From Nitrospirota bacterium (GTDB lineage Bacteria > Nitrospirota > UBA9217), in the NCBI GenBank assembly GCA_029858565.1, contig JAOUEV010000044.1:1-31474 (forward strand): DNA of 31,474 nucleotides, written 5' to 3'. This document shows, one piece after another, positions 16,112 to 25,621 of this stretch (the stretch's first letter is position 1; every line of letters begins with the position of its first letter). The notes below the pieces were generated by a model, which saw only the letters and a list, made by a program, of their open reading frames with translations, was not told the origin of the DNA and made no database searches. Both the position numbers and the translations under genes were made by a program.

Positions 16112-16537
16112 ATGGCAGCAACGATCCTGGTGGCAGAGGACAACGAGAAGAACCGCCAGTTGATCAGGGATATCCTGCTCTATCACGGTTTTCAGGTTTT
16201 CGAGGCGGAGAATGGCGCCGTTGCGATCGAGAAGGCCATACGACAGCGGCCCGACCTCATCCTCATGGACATCCAGATGCCGGTGATGGACGGCATGACT
16301 GCCGCCAGGCTCATCCGGACCGATCCCTCGCTCCAGGGGATTCCGGTGATCGCCCTCACTTCCTTCGCAATGACGGGCGACCGGGAGCGGTTACTGGAGG
16401 CGGGGTTCGACGACTATATCGCGAAGCCCATAGACACCCGGCAGTTGCCCGAGATCGTGAAAAGAAATCTCGGCAACGGCATCCACGAGGGAAACGGCAT
16501 CCGGCCTTTGTCAACAGGAGGGACTGAAACATGCTGA
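16112..16537 (+). CDS. Single-domain response regulator (CheY/DivK-like)
   Basis: ILVAEDN, LMDIQMP.MDG, IALTS, YIAKP; GAGG before ATG 16112. Confidence 0.92.
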   Translation: MAATILVAEDNEKNRQLIRDILLYHGFQVFEAENGAVAIEKAIRQRPDLILMDIQMPVMDGMTAARLIRTDPSLQGIPVIALTSFAMTGDRERLLEAGFDDYIAKPIDTRQLPEIVKRNLGNGIHEGNGIRPLSTGGTETC

Positions 16538-16661
16538 ATTCATACAACCGTTTATCAGCCGTCTTTTTGAAAGCGAGCGGGTCGCGGTGATTTTTGAAAG
16601 CGAACCGGGCAAAGGCGCCGAATTCACGGTGCCCCTGCCTGCCGAAGGGACCGCGGCATGA
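16531..16661 (+). pseudogene. Deletion scar of a histidine kinase gene (start signal plus C-terminal tail)
   Basis: AGGAGG-ATG at 16531 gives only 19 codons. In another frame 16587-16661 reads VIFESEPGKGAEFTVPLPAEGTAA*, an HATPase tail whose stop overlaps the next ATG. Confidence 0.68.
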
Positions 16662-19417
16662 AAGCATTCCGTCACGACAGTACGCGCATTTCCCTGCCGC
16701 GGATAAAACGCTGCATAGTTGCCGCGGCAGCGTTGTGGACGATCTTCATCGTCTCGACGCTGGCGTGGTACGCGGCGCATACGAAAAAGGAAAGCCTGGC
16801 GGCTGCACGCCATCAGGCGGCGACAACCTTCGAGAGAGACGTCCTCTACAGCCGCTGGAACGCGGGACACGGCGGCGTCTACGTGCCGGTCAGCCCGGCG
16901 ACCGGCCCCAATCCACGGCTGTCCGGCACGCCCGAGCGGGACATCGTCACGCCGTCAGGCAGGAAGCTGACCCTGTTGAATCCGGCTTATATGACGCGCC
17001 AGATCCATGAACTGCAGAGGCAGGGCAAAGGCGTCTTAGGACATATCACGAGCCTCAAGCCCATCCGGCCCGGGAACGCTCCCGATCCCTGGGAGACGGA
17101 AGCGCTCCGGGCCTTCGAGCGGGGAGAACCCGAACGTACCGCTATCACAGAGTTGAACAGCAAGAAATACTACCGGTTGATAAGGCCGCTGATAACCGAG
17201 AAGGCCTGCCTGAAATGCCACGCGCGGCAGGGATATCGCGAGGGCGAGGTCCGGGGAGGCATCAGCGTTTCGATACCCATGGCGCCGTTCACGGCATTCG
17301 AACGGGAACACGTCGGGATCTTTGCGCTGCTCCTCGCCTTGTTCTGGCTGGCGGGCCTGGGTATCCTCGGATTCAGCGCCAAAAAGCTGATCCGCATGGA
17401 GCAACAGCGCCGGCACGAGGAAACACGGCTGCAGCGGCTGACCGAGACCCTTCTGGACTTCGGCCCCGACCCCCTCGTGAACATCAACCGGCTCACCGGC
17501 CTCTGCGGCGAGCTGCTCGGCGCCGCGTGCGCGCTCTACAACCGGCTGGAAGCGGGCATGCTCTGTTCGCGGGGCACGTGGCAGGCGCCGCAGGACTACG
17601 TTCCCATGGACAAGCCGGACGGCCACATCTGCTACGACGTGATCCGCCAGGCAGGCGACGAACCGCTTGTGGTCCGTCATCTGCCCGCGACGCCCTACTT
17701 CCGGTCCGATCCCAACGTGTCGAAGTACGGGCTCGAAACCTATATGGGCAGGGCAGTGGTGATCGCCGACAAGGGGATCGGCTCGCTCTGCGTGGTGTAC
17801 CAGAAGGACTACGCACCCGACCAGCCGGACAGAACGCTGCTGTCCATCATCGCGGCGGCCATCGGCACCGAGGAACGGCGGTTCGCTGCCGATAAGTCCC
17901 TGCGCGAGAGCGAAGATAAATTCCGGGTGCTGGCGGATAAGTCGCCGAACATGATCTTTATCAACAAGCAGGGCCGAATCGTGTACGCCAATGAACAGTG
18001 TGTGAAGATCATGGGATATAGGCTCGATGAGTATTACGCGCCGGGCTTTGATTTCAAAGTGCTGATAGCTCCTGAATATCACCCCATCATTGACGACGCA
18101 TTCAGAAAGCATATGGCAGGTGAAGATATCCCGGCGTACGAGATCGCCCTTGTAACAAAAACAGGGAAAAGGGTCGAGGTCATCCAGATGCACACGGTGA
18201 TCAATTATGAGAACGCACCTGCTGTCCTGGGCATCATAACCGACATCACCGATCGAAAATTGGCCGAATTACAAGTGCAGGCGATGTACGAGGAGCTTGA
18301 GCGCAAGGTTGTTGAGCGGACTTCGGAATTGACCGGCGCGCTAAGCGCCCTGAAGACGAGTGAATCCAAATTGATGGCCATATTCAATGCCGCGGCAGAC
18401 GGCATTGCCTTGATCGACGGCGCTACCATGAAGATTGTCGATGCCAACGAGATGTTCTGCCGGATGCTGGGATACCGGCGCGAGGAACTGCTGGGCTTTG
18501 AATTAGCGAAAATTCATACCGAGGAGCATATGCCCGTTATCGCCGAATCGCTCAGCAAGGTCGCGAACGAAACCCTGCACGCCGGGACCGATGTGCTTTT
18601 TAAAAGAAAGGACGGAACGATTCTCCCCATGGATGTCAACGGCGGTCCGATTGTGCTGGAAGACCGGACGTATCTCCTGGGGATCTTCCGCGACACCACT
18701 GAGCACAGGAAGATCAAGGAAGAGCTGGCGCGCAAGGAGAAGCTCGCCACGCTCGGCCAGCTTGCCGGGACCGTGGGCCACGAGCTGCGGAACCCGCTGG
18801 CCGTGATCAAGAACGCGGCCTACTATCTCAAAACCGTGCTGCCCTCGCCGGCCGAGACGGTGCGGGAGTACCTGGAGATCATCGCGAGCGAAGTGGACGG
18901 CTCCGAGCGCATACTCGCAGAACTGCTCGATTTCGCCCGCACCACACCGCCGAGAAAAAACCGCGTCGCTGCCGGAAGCCTGCTGCGGCAGAGCCTGGAT
19001 AAGTGCGCCGTTCCCGGGAATATCGCGTTGCGCGCCGAGATCCCGGAATCGCTGCCCGAGGTCGACGTTGACCTGTTCCAGATGACGCAGGTGTTCCGGA
19101 ACCTCGTTGTCAACGCGGTCCAGGCGATGCCGAAAGGCGGCGAACTGCGGGTGAGCGCGCGTCTGAAGAGAGACGAGAGACGAGAGTCGAGTGACGAGAA
19201 AGCATTATTGGAAATCACGGTCGCCGATACGGGCGAAGGCATCACGCCGGAGAACATGGAGAAGCTGTTCCAGCCTCTTTTCACTACGAAGATGCGGGGC
19301 ATCGGGCTGGGATTGACGCTCTGCAAAAAGCTGACGGAGTCAAACGGCGGAACGATCGCCGTGAAAAGCAGTGCCGGGCAAGGCGCCGCGTTCACGGTGA
19401 CCGTCCCTGCCGCATGA
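16658..19417 (+). CDS. Membrane sensor histidine kinase: haem-c (DUF3365-like) sensor, GAF, two PAS, HisKA, HATPase
   Basis: Two TMs flanking HGGVY..LNPAYMTR..ITSLKP..PDPWE..CLKCH..RGGISV; GAF; PAS with DITDRK; HELRNPL; N, G1 and G2 boxes. Confidence 0.93.
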   Translation: MKAFRHDSTRISLPRIKRCIVAAAALWTIFIVSTLAWYAAHTKKESLAAARHQAATTFERDVLYSRWNAGHGGVYVPVSPATGPNPRLSGTPERDIVTPSGRKLTLLNPAYMTRQIHELQRQGKGVLGHITSLKPIRPGNAPDPWETEALRAFERGEPERTAITELNSKKYYRLIRPLITEKACLKCHARQGYREGEVRGGISVSIPMAPFTAFEREHVGIFALLLALFWLAGLGILGFSAKKLIRMEQQRRHEETRLQRLTETLLDFGPDPLVNINRLTGLCGELLGAACALYNRLEAGMLCSRGTWQAPQDYVPMDKPDGHICYDVIRQAGDEPLVVRHLPATPYFRSDPNVSKYGLETYMGRAVVIADKGIGSLCVVYQKDYAPDQPDRTLLSIIAAAIGTEERRFAADKSLRESEDKFRVLADKSPNMIFINKQGRIVYANEQCVKIMGYRLDEYYAPGFDFKVLIAPEYHPIIDDAFRKHMAGEDIPAYEIALVTKTGKRVEVIQMHTVINYENAPAVLGIITDITDRKLAELQVQAMYEELERKVVERTSELTGALSALKTSESKLMAIFNAAADGIALIDGATMKIVDANEMFCRMLGYRREELLGFELAKIHTEEHMPVIAESLSKVANETLHAGTDVLFKRKDGTILPMDVNGGPIVLEDRTYLLGIFRDTTEHRKIKEELARKEKLATLGQLAGTVGHELRNPLAVIKNAAYYLKTVLPSPAETVREYLEIIASEVDGSERILAELLDFARTTPPRKNRVAAGSLLRQSLDKCAVPGNIALRAEIPESLPEVDVDLFQMTQVFRNLVVNAVQAMPKGGELRVSARLKRDERRESSDEKALLEITVADTGEGITPENMEKLFQPLFTTKMRGIGLGLTLCKKLTESNGGTIAVKSSAGQGAAFTVTVPAA
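19168..19202 (+). repeat. Heptamer array (GAGAGAC)~5 in the kinase HATPase loop
   Basis: gagagac gagagac gagagtc gagtgac gagaaag; encodes RDERRESSDEK. Confidence 0.75.
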
Positions 19418-19430
19418 CGAGGTGACAGCG

Positions 19431-20213
19431 ATGGAAGTAAAAACCGTGACCGTCCTGGTCGTGGACGACGATCGCCGGATGGTCAAGACGATCCGCGACG
19501 TTTTGCGGCTGAACGGCTATGCAACGCTGGAAGCCTTCACCGGCACAGAAGCCGTCGAAATGGCCAGGACCAATCGCCTTGACTGCATTCTGATGGACGT
19601 CCGCATGCCGGCCACCGACGGAATCAGCGCGCTCCAGATGATCCGGGCAGAGGTCCCCTATCTCCCCGTGCTGATGATGAGCGCCTACACCACCGAGGAA
19701 CAGGTTGCGGAGATCAGGAAACAGGGCGCTGATGCCGTTCTGTCCAAGCCCTTCGACCTCGAGATGGTCCTGTCGTACCTTGCTCTCTTGAAGAGGGAAA
19801 AGAGCATCCTGATCGTTGACGACGACCCCGCGTTCTGCAAGACGCTCCAAGGCGTACTGGAAGCGCGCGGCTGTACCGTGAAAACGGAGCCTGACACGGA
19901 CATGGCGCTGGCGCGCATGGAGGAAAGCTACCAACTGGTTGTGATTCTCGACATCAAGGTCGGCAATACAAATGGCCTGGAGGCGCTGAAGGCCATTCGT
20001 GCGAAATACCCGACCAAGCCCGTGCTCCTGGTTGCCGGAGAACGGAAGGACATGGCCGGCGTCATCGACCAGGGTCTCCAGATCGGCGCGTACACCTGCC
20101 TGTACAAGCCGCTCTCGGTGGAAACCCTGCTCAGGACGATCAACGATATCCGGAAACAGAAACTGCGCGTCGCCCTCGGCGAGCCGTTCGGGTGCGACAG
20201 GACAGCGGGGTAA
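19431..20213 (+). CDS. Response regulator with two tandem receiver domains
   Basis: VLVVDDD..LMDVRMP..SKP and ILIVDDD..ILDIK..YKP; start 19431 or GTG 19422. Confidence 0.9.
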   Translation: MEVKTVTVLVVDDDRRMVKTIRDVLRLNGYATLEAFTGTEAVEMARTNRLDCILMDVRMPATDGISALQMIRAEVPYLPVLMMSAYTTEEQVAEIRKQGADAVLSKPFDLEMVLSYLALLKREKSILIVDDDPAFCKTLQGVLEARGCTVKTEPDTDMALARMEESYQLVVILDIKVGNTNGLEALKAIRAKYPTKPVLLVAGERKDMAGVIDQGLQIGAYTCLYKPLSVETLLRTINDIRKQKLRVALGEPFGCDRTAG

Positions 20214-20216
20214 TTC

Positions 20217-21476
20217 ATGGAGACGCCAACCGTCTTGATCATCGATGACGATCCCCACTTGCGCAAGACCTTGTGCGATATTGTCGGCGCCAAGGGCTAT
20301 GCCGCGCTCACGGCCGGCAGCGGGGCCGAAGGGATCGATCTGTGCAGGAAACGGTTCGTTCACGTCGCGCTTATCGATCTCGGGCTTCCGGACATGCAGG
20401 GGCTCGAGGTGCTGAAAATGGTCCGGAAGGAATGCCCCGCAACCCAGGCGATCATCCTGACCGGAAATGCGTCGCTCGACTCGGCGATCGAAGCGACGAA
20501 CCAGGGCGCCTACTCATATCTTCTGAAGCCCTACGAAATAGAAGTCCTGCTGATGCATGTCCGGCACGCCGTGGAGAAGGTGGAGGTGGAAGAGAAACTC
20601 AGCCGCTACCAGCAGCACCTGGAGGAGTTGGTCCGCGAGCGGACGAGGGAACTTGAGACTGCGAAAGAAGCCGCGGAAGCGGGCAGCCGGGCGAAGACCG
20701 AGTTCATCGCGAACATGAGCCATGAACTGCGCACACCGCTCAACGCCGTCATCGGTTTCTCCGAGGTCCTGCTCGACGGCGTCGGCGGGCAGCTGAGCGA
20801 GCAGCAGCGCGGATACGCCCGGCACATTCTCACGGGCGGCAAGGAGCTGCGCGACCTCCTGCTGAACATTCTCGACTATGCCGAAACCGAGAAGGGCGCA
20901 GCCCTCCTCCGCCTCAGCGTTTTCCCTCTTCGCGATCTGCTCCATGCCGCAGTCGCCGCGGTCCGGGAGGAGGCCGCCGGCCGCGGCGTGACCTTGTCCG
21001 TCGAGATGGAACCCGGCGCGGACGCGGACCTCGAAGCGGACGATGAAAATATCCGGCGCATCGTCGGGCACTTGCTGAACAATGCGCTGAAGTTCACGCC
21101 TTCAGGGGGCAGCGTGCGCGTGAAGGCAAGGCACGTGAGGAGTGAGGAGTCAGGCGTTCGGGGGAAAGATCAGAATCCCTCACCCCTCACCCCTGACCCT
21201 TTACCTGACTTCATCGAAATTTCCGTGGACGACACCGGCATCGGCATCAAACCGGAGAACATCCCGAAGCTGTTCCAGGAGTTCGTCCAGCTCGAAGCGC
21301 CTGCCACGAAAATATTCCGGGGCGCCGGACTGGGGCTTGCGCTGGTGAAGAAACTGGTCGGGCTGCACGGCGGCAACATCCGGGTGGAGAGCGAATTCGG
21401 CCGGGGCAGCAGATTCGTCGTTCTGCTCCCGCTGAGACAAGCGCGGAAAGAAGACCCGTCCGCGATGTGCATCTGA
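20217..21476 (+). CDS. Cytoplasmic hybrid kinase REC-HisKA-HATPase
   Basis: [16 protein letters not shown]; [18 protein letters not shown]; NNALKFT; DTGIGI; GAGLGL. Confidence 0.93.
   Translation: METPTVLIIDDDPHLRKTLCDIVGAKGYAALTAGSGAEGIDLCRKRFVHVALIDLGLPDMQGLEVLKMVRKECPATQAIILTGNASLDSAIEATNQGAYSYLLKPYEIEVLLMHVRHAVEKVEVEEKLSRYQQHLEELVRERTRELETAKEAAEAGSRAKTEFIANMSHELRTPLNAVIGFSEVLLDGVGGQLSEQQRGYARHILTGGKELRDLLLNILDYAETEKGAALLRLSVFPLRDLLHAAVAAVREEAAGRGVTLSVEMEPGADADLEADDENIRRIVGHLLNNALKFTPSGGSVRVKARHVRSEESGVRGKDQNPSPLTPDPLPDFIEISVDDTGIGIKPENIPKLFQEFVQLEAPATKIFRGAGLGLALVKKLVGLHGGNIRVESEFGRGSRFVVLLPLRQARKEDPSAMCI
21134..21205. repeat. Inverted heptamer arrays (nGTGAGG)n...(CCCTCAC)n in the kinase HATPase loop
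   Basis: cgtgagg agtgagg agtcagg ... ccctcac ccctcac ccctgac cctttac; encodes [23 protein letters not shown]. Confidence 0.82.
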
Positions 21477-21497
21477 AGGAAGACAAAGGAGACCGTT

Positions 21498-23018
21498 ATG
21501 GAACAGAAAAAGCCCGTGATCCTGTGCGTCGATGACGATCCCGTCAACACCGACCTCTTGGCGGCCCTGCTTACGCCCCGCGGCTACGAGATCCTGCAGG
21601 CGGGAAGCGGTCAGGAAGCGCTCGATCTGACCAGAAGCCGGAAGATCGACCTCGTGCTGCTCGACGTTATGATGCCCGGGCTCGACGGGTTCTCCGTCTG
21701 CAAGAAAATCAAGGAGGACCCGCTCACCTACTCCATCCCCGTGGTCCTGATCACGGCCCTTGCCGCGAAGCAAGATCGCATCAAAGGCATAGAAGCGGGC
21801 GCCGAGGACTTCATCTCGAAGCCCATAGACGCCGCGGAGGTGGTCGCGCGGATCCGCATGCTGCTGAAAATCAAGGACCTGAACGACCGTCTCGTCTCCG
21901 CCTACGGCCATATCACGAGCATGACCGGCTTCGGCGAACGGCTGATCATGTCCTTCGACCCGCTGAATTTCGATTTCCTTCGGGGCATCGACGATATCGT
22001 GTGCCATATCCTTCGCTACCCGCCGGACTGCCCGGACGGGCCGGAAAGCGTCTTTGTGGGATTTCTCGACGACGCGAACCTATGGCAATGGTACCGGTTC
22101 GAGCCCGGCATGGGCAGGCCCCATCGCACGTGGCTGCGAAAAGATATTTGCCGCGGTCTGGACTGGCCCACAGAAAGCAATACCTGGCTCTGGTACCAGA
22201 ACGCGGAAGAGCTTGCGGCCGTGCCGGCCGCGGTATCCGCCAGGCTGCGGGAGCTTCCTTTCGACCTGATGAATATCGCCTGTTTCCAAAGCGTGCGATT
22301 CTGCGTGGCGGCGCTGAACTACGGGAAGTGCGTCACCCAACACGACGCCGACGTGCTGAACAGCATCGTAATGCAGAGCCTGTTCCTGCGTTCCATCGCG
22401 GCCCAGGTCAGCGATACCGAACAGGCCTTTGACTACCTCGTCTTCGCCCTGGCTCGGGCAGCAGAAGCGAACGACGAGGACACGGGAAACCACATCATGC
22501 GGGTCGGCGAATATTGCGCCTTGCTTGCCAAGGATCTCGGTCTTTCCGATAAGTTTCAGAACATCATCCGGATCCAGGCGACTTTGCACGATGTGGGCAA
22601 GATCCACGTGCGGCAGGAAGTCCTGAAGAAGCCCGGGAAGCTCACCTCGGAAGAGTACGAGGAAATCAAGGCGCACACCGTGAGCGGAGCGCGCATTCTG
22701 GGCGACCACGTCCGGCTGACCCTTGCGAAGAAAGCGTGCTTGTCCCATCACGAGCGATGGGACGGCGGCGGCTATCCCTACGGCCTGAAGGGCGATCAGA
22801 TCCCCATCGAAGGAAGAATATTGAACATCGCGGACCAGTACGACGCCCTGCGCAACAAGCGGGTCTACAAGCCCGCCTTCGACCACGCGAGGACCTGCGA
22901 CATCATTTTAAACGGCGACGGGAGGACCATGCCGCACCATTTCGACCCCCAGGTGCTCGACGCGTTCCGAAAGACGGCGGGAATATTCGAGGAAATCTAC
23001 GAGAAACTCGGCGGATGA
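21498..23018 (+). CDS. REC + HD-GYP cyclic-dinucleotide phosphodiesterase (RpfG-like)
   Basis: REC (VDDD, LDVMMP, SKP); [36 protein letters not shown]...RVYK. Confidence 0.93.
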   Translation: MEQKKPVILCVDDDPVNTDLLAALLTPRGYEILQAGSGQEALDLTRSRKIDLVLLDVMMPGLDGFSVCKKIKEDPLTYSIPVVLITALAAKQDRIKGIEAGAEDFISKPIDAAEVVARIRMLLKIKDLNDRLVSAYGHITSMTGFGERLIMSFDPLNFDFLRGIDDIVCHILRYPPDCPDGPESVFVGFLDDANLWQWYRFEPGMGRPHRTWLRKDICRGLDWPTESNTWLWYQNAEELAAVPAAVSARLRELPFDLMNIACFQSVRFCVAALNYGKCVTQHDADVLNSIVMQSLFLRSIAAQVSDTEQAFDYLVFALARAAEANDEDTGNHIMRVGEYCALLAKDLGLSDKFQNIIRIQATLHDVGKIHVRQEVLKKPGKLTSEEYEEIKAHTVSGARILGDHVRLTLAKKACLSHHERWDGGGYPYGLKGDQIPIEGRILNIADQYDALRNKRVYKPAFDHARTCDIILNGDGRTMPHHFDPQVLDAFRKTAGIFEEIYEKLGG

Positions 23019-23094
23019 TCGTCAGGTGGAGCGAATGCATCAACACAGTGAATCCAAAATGCAGCATACCAGCCAGAAGGAGGACGGATCGATT

Positions 23095-23679
23095 ATGGAA
23101 ACCATCGGAATAGCTTCAACACGGCCCTATTACCGCCGAAAACTCTTTTTCACCACATTCGCCATCGTGCTGCTCGGCGCCCTCTCCGTGGCTGCCGGCC
23201 TGCACGCGCTGTTCCCCTCCGCATTGGGCTCCCGGTACGGAGACGCGATCATGACCCTCCGGGACATCGAACGATCGCTGGTCCCCCGCTCCGCCGGTCT
23301 CTTCGCGGTCATGACCGGCCTGCTCGTGCTGGCAACCGCCTTTCTGCACCTCTTTTACTCGCACCGTATCGCGGGGCCCGCGTACCGGCTCGGCCGTGAG
23401 GCCGACCGGATCGCCCGGGGCGAGCTGAAAGCCGATTTCGACCTGCGCCGGAAGGACAACCTGACCGACCTTGCGGATGCGCTCAAACTAGCCGCCCACA
23501 GGTACCGGGAAACCGTCAACGCCCTGGACCGGCACGCGACCGGCCTGGAAGCCGGGGCCGCGACGTTGAAAGACCTGGAGCATCGGAACACGGACCCCGC
23601 GGCGCTTGCATCGGCGCTGCAGGAAATGAAGACCGAGTTCAGGGCCGCGGAAAAACTGCTGGCGGAGATTCGGACATGA
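23095..23679 (+). CDS. Small membrane protein: two TM + HAMP + coiled coil, no output domain
   Basis: Two hydrophobic segments then SHRIAGPAYRL......IARGEL.....LRRKDNLTDLA; AAGGAGG upstream; start uncertain. Confidence 0.8.
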   Translation: METIGIASTRPYYRRKLFFTTFAIVLLGALSVAAGLHALFPSALGSRYGDAIMTLRDIERSLVPRSAGLFAVMTGLLVLATAFLHLFYSHRIAGPAYRLGREADRIARGELKADFDLRRKDNLTDLADALKLAAHRYRETVNALDRHATGLEAGAATLKDLEHRNTDPAALASALQEMKTEFRAAEKLLAEIRT

Positions 23680-24488
23680 GACGGCATGTGCTGTCGTTGC
23701 TGCTGCTTGCCGCATGCGCCGTCGCAGCCTGGTCGGCGCTGCGAAACGAGGTCCATGATTTTCCCGAAGACCGGTGCGGGGACTGTCATGCGGCATCTCC
23801 GGTGAAAGGAGACCCGCAAGCCCGGGTGATGAAGGCGCCGCTCAGCGAGCTGTGCAGCCGATGCCATCACCGGCCGGATAATACGGTCTCCCATCCCGTG
23901 GATTTTACGCCCCTCTCGGGCGTATTTCCCGCCGACCTGCCGTTGTCCTGGGACGGGAAACTGACCTGCAGCACCTGTCACGACATCCATGCAACGTCCG
24001 CGCAGGCAGGCGAGGGCCCAGTGCCGTCCCTGAGAAGGAGCGGCGGCAGGGCTTTTTGCGAAGCATGCCATTCCCGCGGCGCCGGCGCGCCAGACGCCCC
24101 GTCCGGTCACGCACAGGTCCTGACGACGGCTCACATGGAATACGACGCGATGCAAACCGGCCGGATCGACGCCGTCTCTTCGGCCTGCCTGAGCTGCCAT
24201 GACGGCAGCATCGGCGCGCCGGCAACGGTGCGTATCGGGTCCTTCCGGCACGGGATCCGCACGGGGGATACGGCGCAGGAACTCTCGCATCCCGTCGGCG
24301 TCAGCTACCGCCGGGCAATGCTGCGGCGCGGCGGGCTGCGCCCGCCGGAAACCCTCGACCGGCGAATCAGGCTCGTGAACGGCAAGGTCAGCTGCGCATC
24401 CTGCCATAACATGTTCTCCCGGGAGGCCAGGCTGCTGACCGTGGCCAACAATCGATCGGGCCTGTGCCTGGAGTGCCATGACAAGTGA
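23676..24488 (+). CDS. Heptahaem c-type cytochrome (paired-CXXCH type)
   Basis: N-terminal signal/anchor; CGDCH, CSRCH, CSTCH, CEACH, CLSCH, CASCH, CLECH; SHPV motifs. Confidence 0.93.
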   Translation: MRRHVLSLLLLAACAVAAWSALRNEVHDFPEDRCGDCHAASPVKGDPQARVMKAPLSELCSRCHHRPDNTVSHPVDFTPLSGVFPADLPLSWDGKLTCSTCHDIHATSAQAGEGPVPSLRRSGGRAFCEACHSRGAGAPDAPSGHAQVLTTAHMEYDAMQTGRIDAVSSACLSCHDGSIGAPATVRIGSFRHGIRTGDTAQELSHPVGVSYRRAMLRRGGLRPPETLDRRIRLVNGKVSCASCHNMFSREARLLTVANNRSGLCLECHDK

Positions 24489-24541
24489 GAAGCGCCGGCG
24501 TCCGGCCCTCCTCATTCACCGCGAAAGAAAGCGAGGTTGCC

Positions 24542-25123
24542 ATGAAAAGGAATCGGAGACGGCAATTTTTCATACACAAGGACTACCAGACCAGGTTCAT
24601 CGCGCGGTTCGCCGTTGTCACCACCCTCTGGTCCGCGGCGGCTGTCTACCTGTTCACCTGGTTCGCCGGGAAGCGGCTGGAGGAAACGATGTACTCCGGC
24701 CACCTGACCGTCGCGTCGGCTGGCCAGTTGCTCCTTCCTTCGGCCTTCCACGCCGAGGGCATCGCGCTCCTGGCGTACTCGTTCCTGCTGGCCTATGCGA
24801 TCCACGATCTCGGAAAAAAGATCTCCGCGCCCCACTTCATGCTCAAGAGGGACATTGTCAGGATCGGGATGGGAGATCTCGCGAGTCCCGTTGCTCTGCG
24901 GCCGGATGACGAGTTCCAGGACCTTGCGGCGGACATGGAGAACATGCGCAAGGAACTGGGCCGCCGGTTCTCCTCGATCAAGCAAACCCATGAAGAACTG
25001 GCCCTGGCGGTTTCCCGCCTGGACAGGGCGTTCCTCCAGGGCCGGCTCCTGACCGCTCATATCGATGAGGTCGCGGTCAAGGCCGCCCGGGCAAAGGAGG
25101 AGTTACATGCATTTACACGCTAG
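24542..25123 (+). CDS. Second two-TM + HAMP + coiled-coil membrane protein
   Basis: RRRQFFI..DYQTRFI, two TMs, KISAP...L......IGMGDL...V.LRPDDEFQDLA. Confidence 0.82.
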   Translation: MKRNRRRQFFIHKDYQTRFIARFAVVTTLWSAAAVYLFTWFAGKRLEETMYSGHLTVASAGQLLLPSAFHAEGIALLAYSFLLAYAIHDLGKKISAPHFMLKRDIVRIGMGDLASPVALRPDDEFQDLAADMENMRKELGRRFSSIKQTHEELALAVSRLDRAFLQGRLLTAHIDEVAVKAARAKEELHAFTR

Positions 25124-25580
25124 CACATGGGGCGGAGCGGTCCCGGTCCTGCTGGCATTGTTCTTCACGGCCCTTGCAGCCGAGTCCCCGGGGGCCAGGC
25201 AGGCATCGGACCCGGAACCGCACGATTTCACGCGGCTCAACAGGAAGTGTGACTCGTGCCACAGCTCAGTCGGCGTACGGAGCCGGGGCATCCTGCGCAA
25301 GTCCGTCGGGCATATCTGCGGGGAATGCCACAGGATGAACGACGCGCTGCACCATCCCGTGGACATGGATCCGGCCATGGAAATCCCCGCTGACCTGTCT
25401 CTCGACATCAGAGGGGTGCTCACCTGCGCGACCTGCCACAACGTCCACCGGTCGCGCTTCCATCCCCTGACCGGCGAACGAACGATGTATCTTCGCCGGG
25501 ACGGGCCGCGCCGGGCGTTCTGCGAGTCCTGTCACCGGAATGGCATTTGGCAAACCCTTGATTCCACCGTCAGAAATTGA
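25107..25580 (+). CDS. Tetrahaem c-type cytochrome, related to the N-terminal part of the heptahaem protein
   Basis: AAGGAGG RBS; signal peptide; HDF...CDSCH, CGECH, HPVD, P.DL.L...G.LTCATCH, LRR.G.R.AFCESCH. Confidence 0.92.
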   Translation: MHLHASTWGGAVPVLLALFFTALAAESPGARQASDPEPHDFTRLNRKCDSCHSSVGVRSRGILRKSVGHICGECHRMNDALHHPVDMDPAMEIPADLSLDIRGVLTCATCHNVHRSRFHPLTGERTMYLRRDGPRRAFCESCHRNGIWQTLDSTVRN

Positions 25581-25621
25581 TTCTCTGCACGGTTCGATTG
25601 ATGTTTTGAGAGGACGACACC

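Noticed and set aside
23095-25123. HAMP proteins as methyl-accepting chemotaxis receptors
   Set aside because: No MCP signalling hairpin motif; both end about 60 aa after the HAMP domain, with stops coupled to the next gene.
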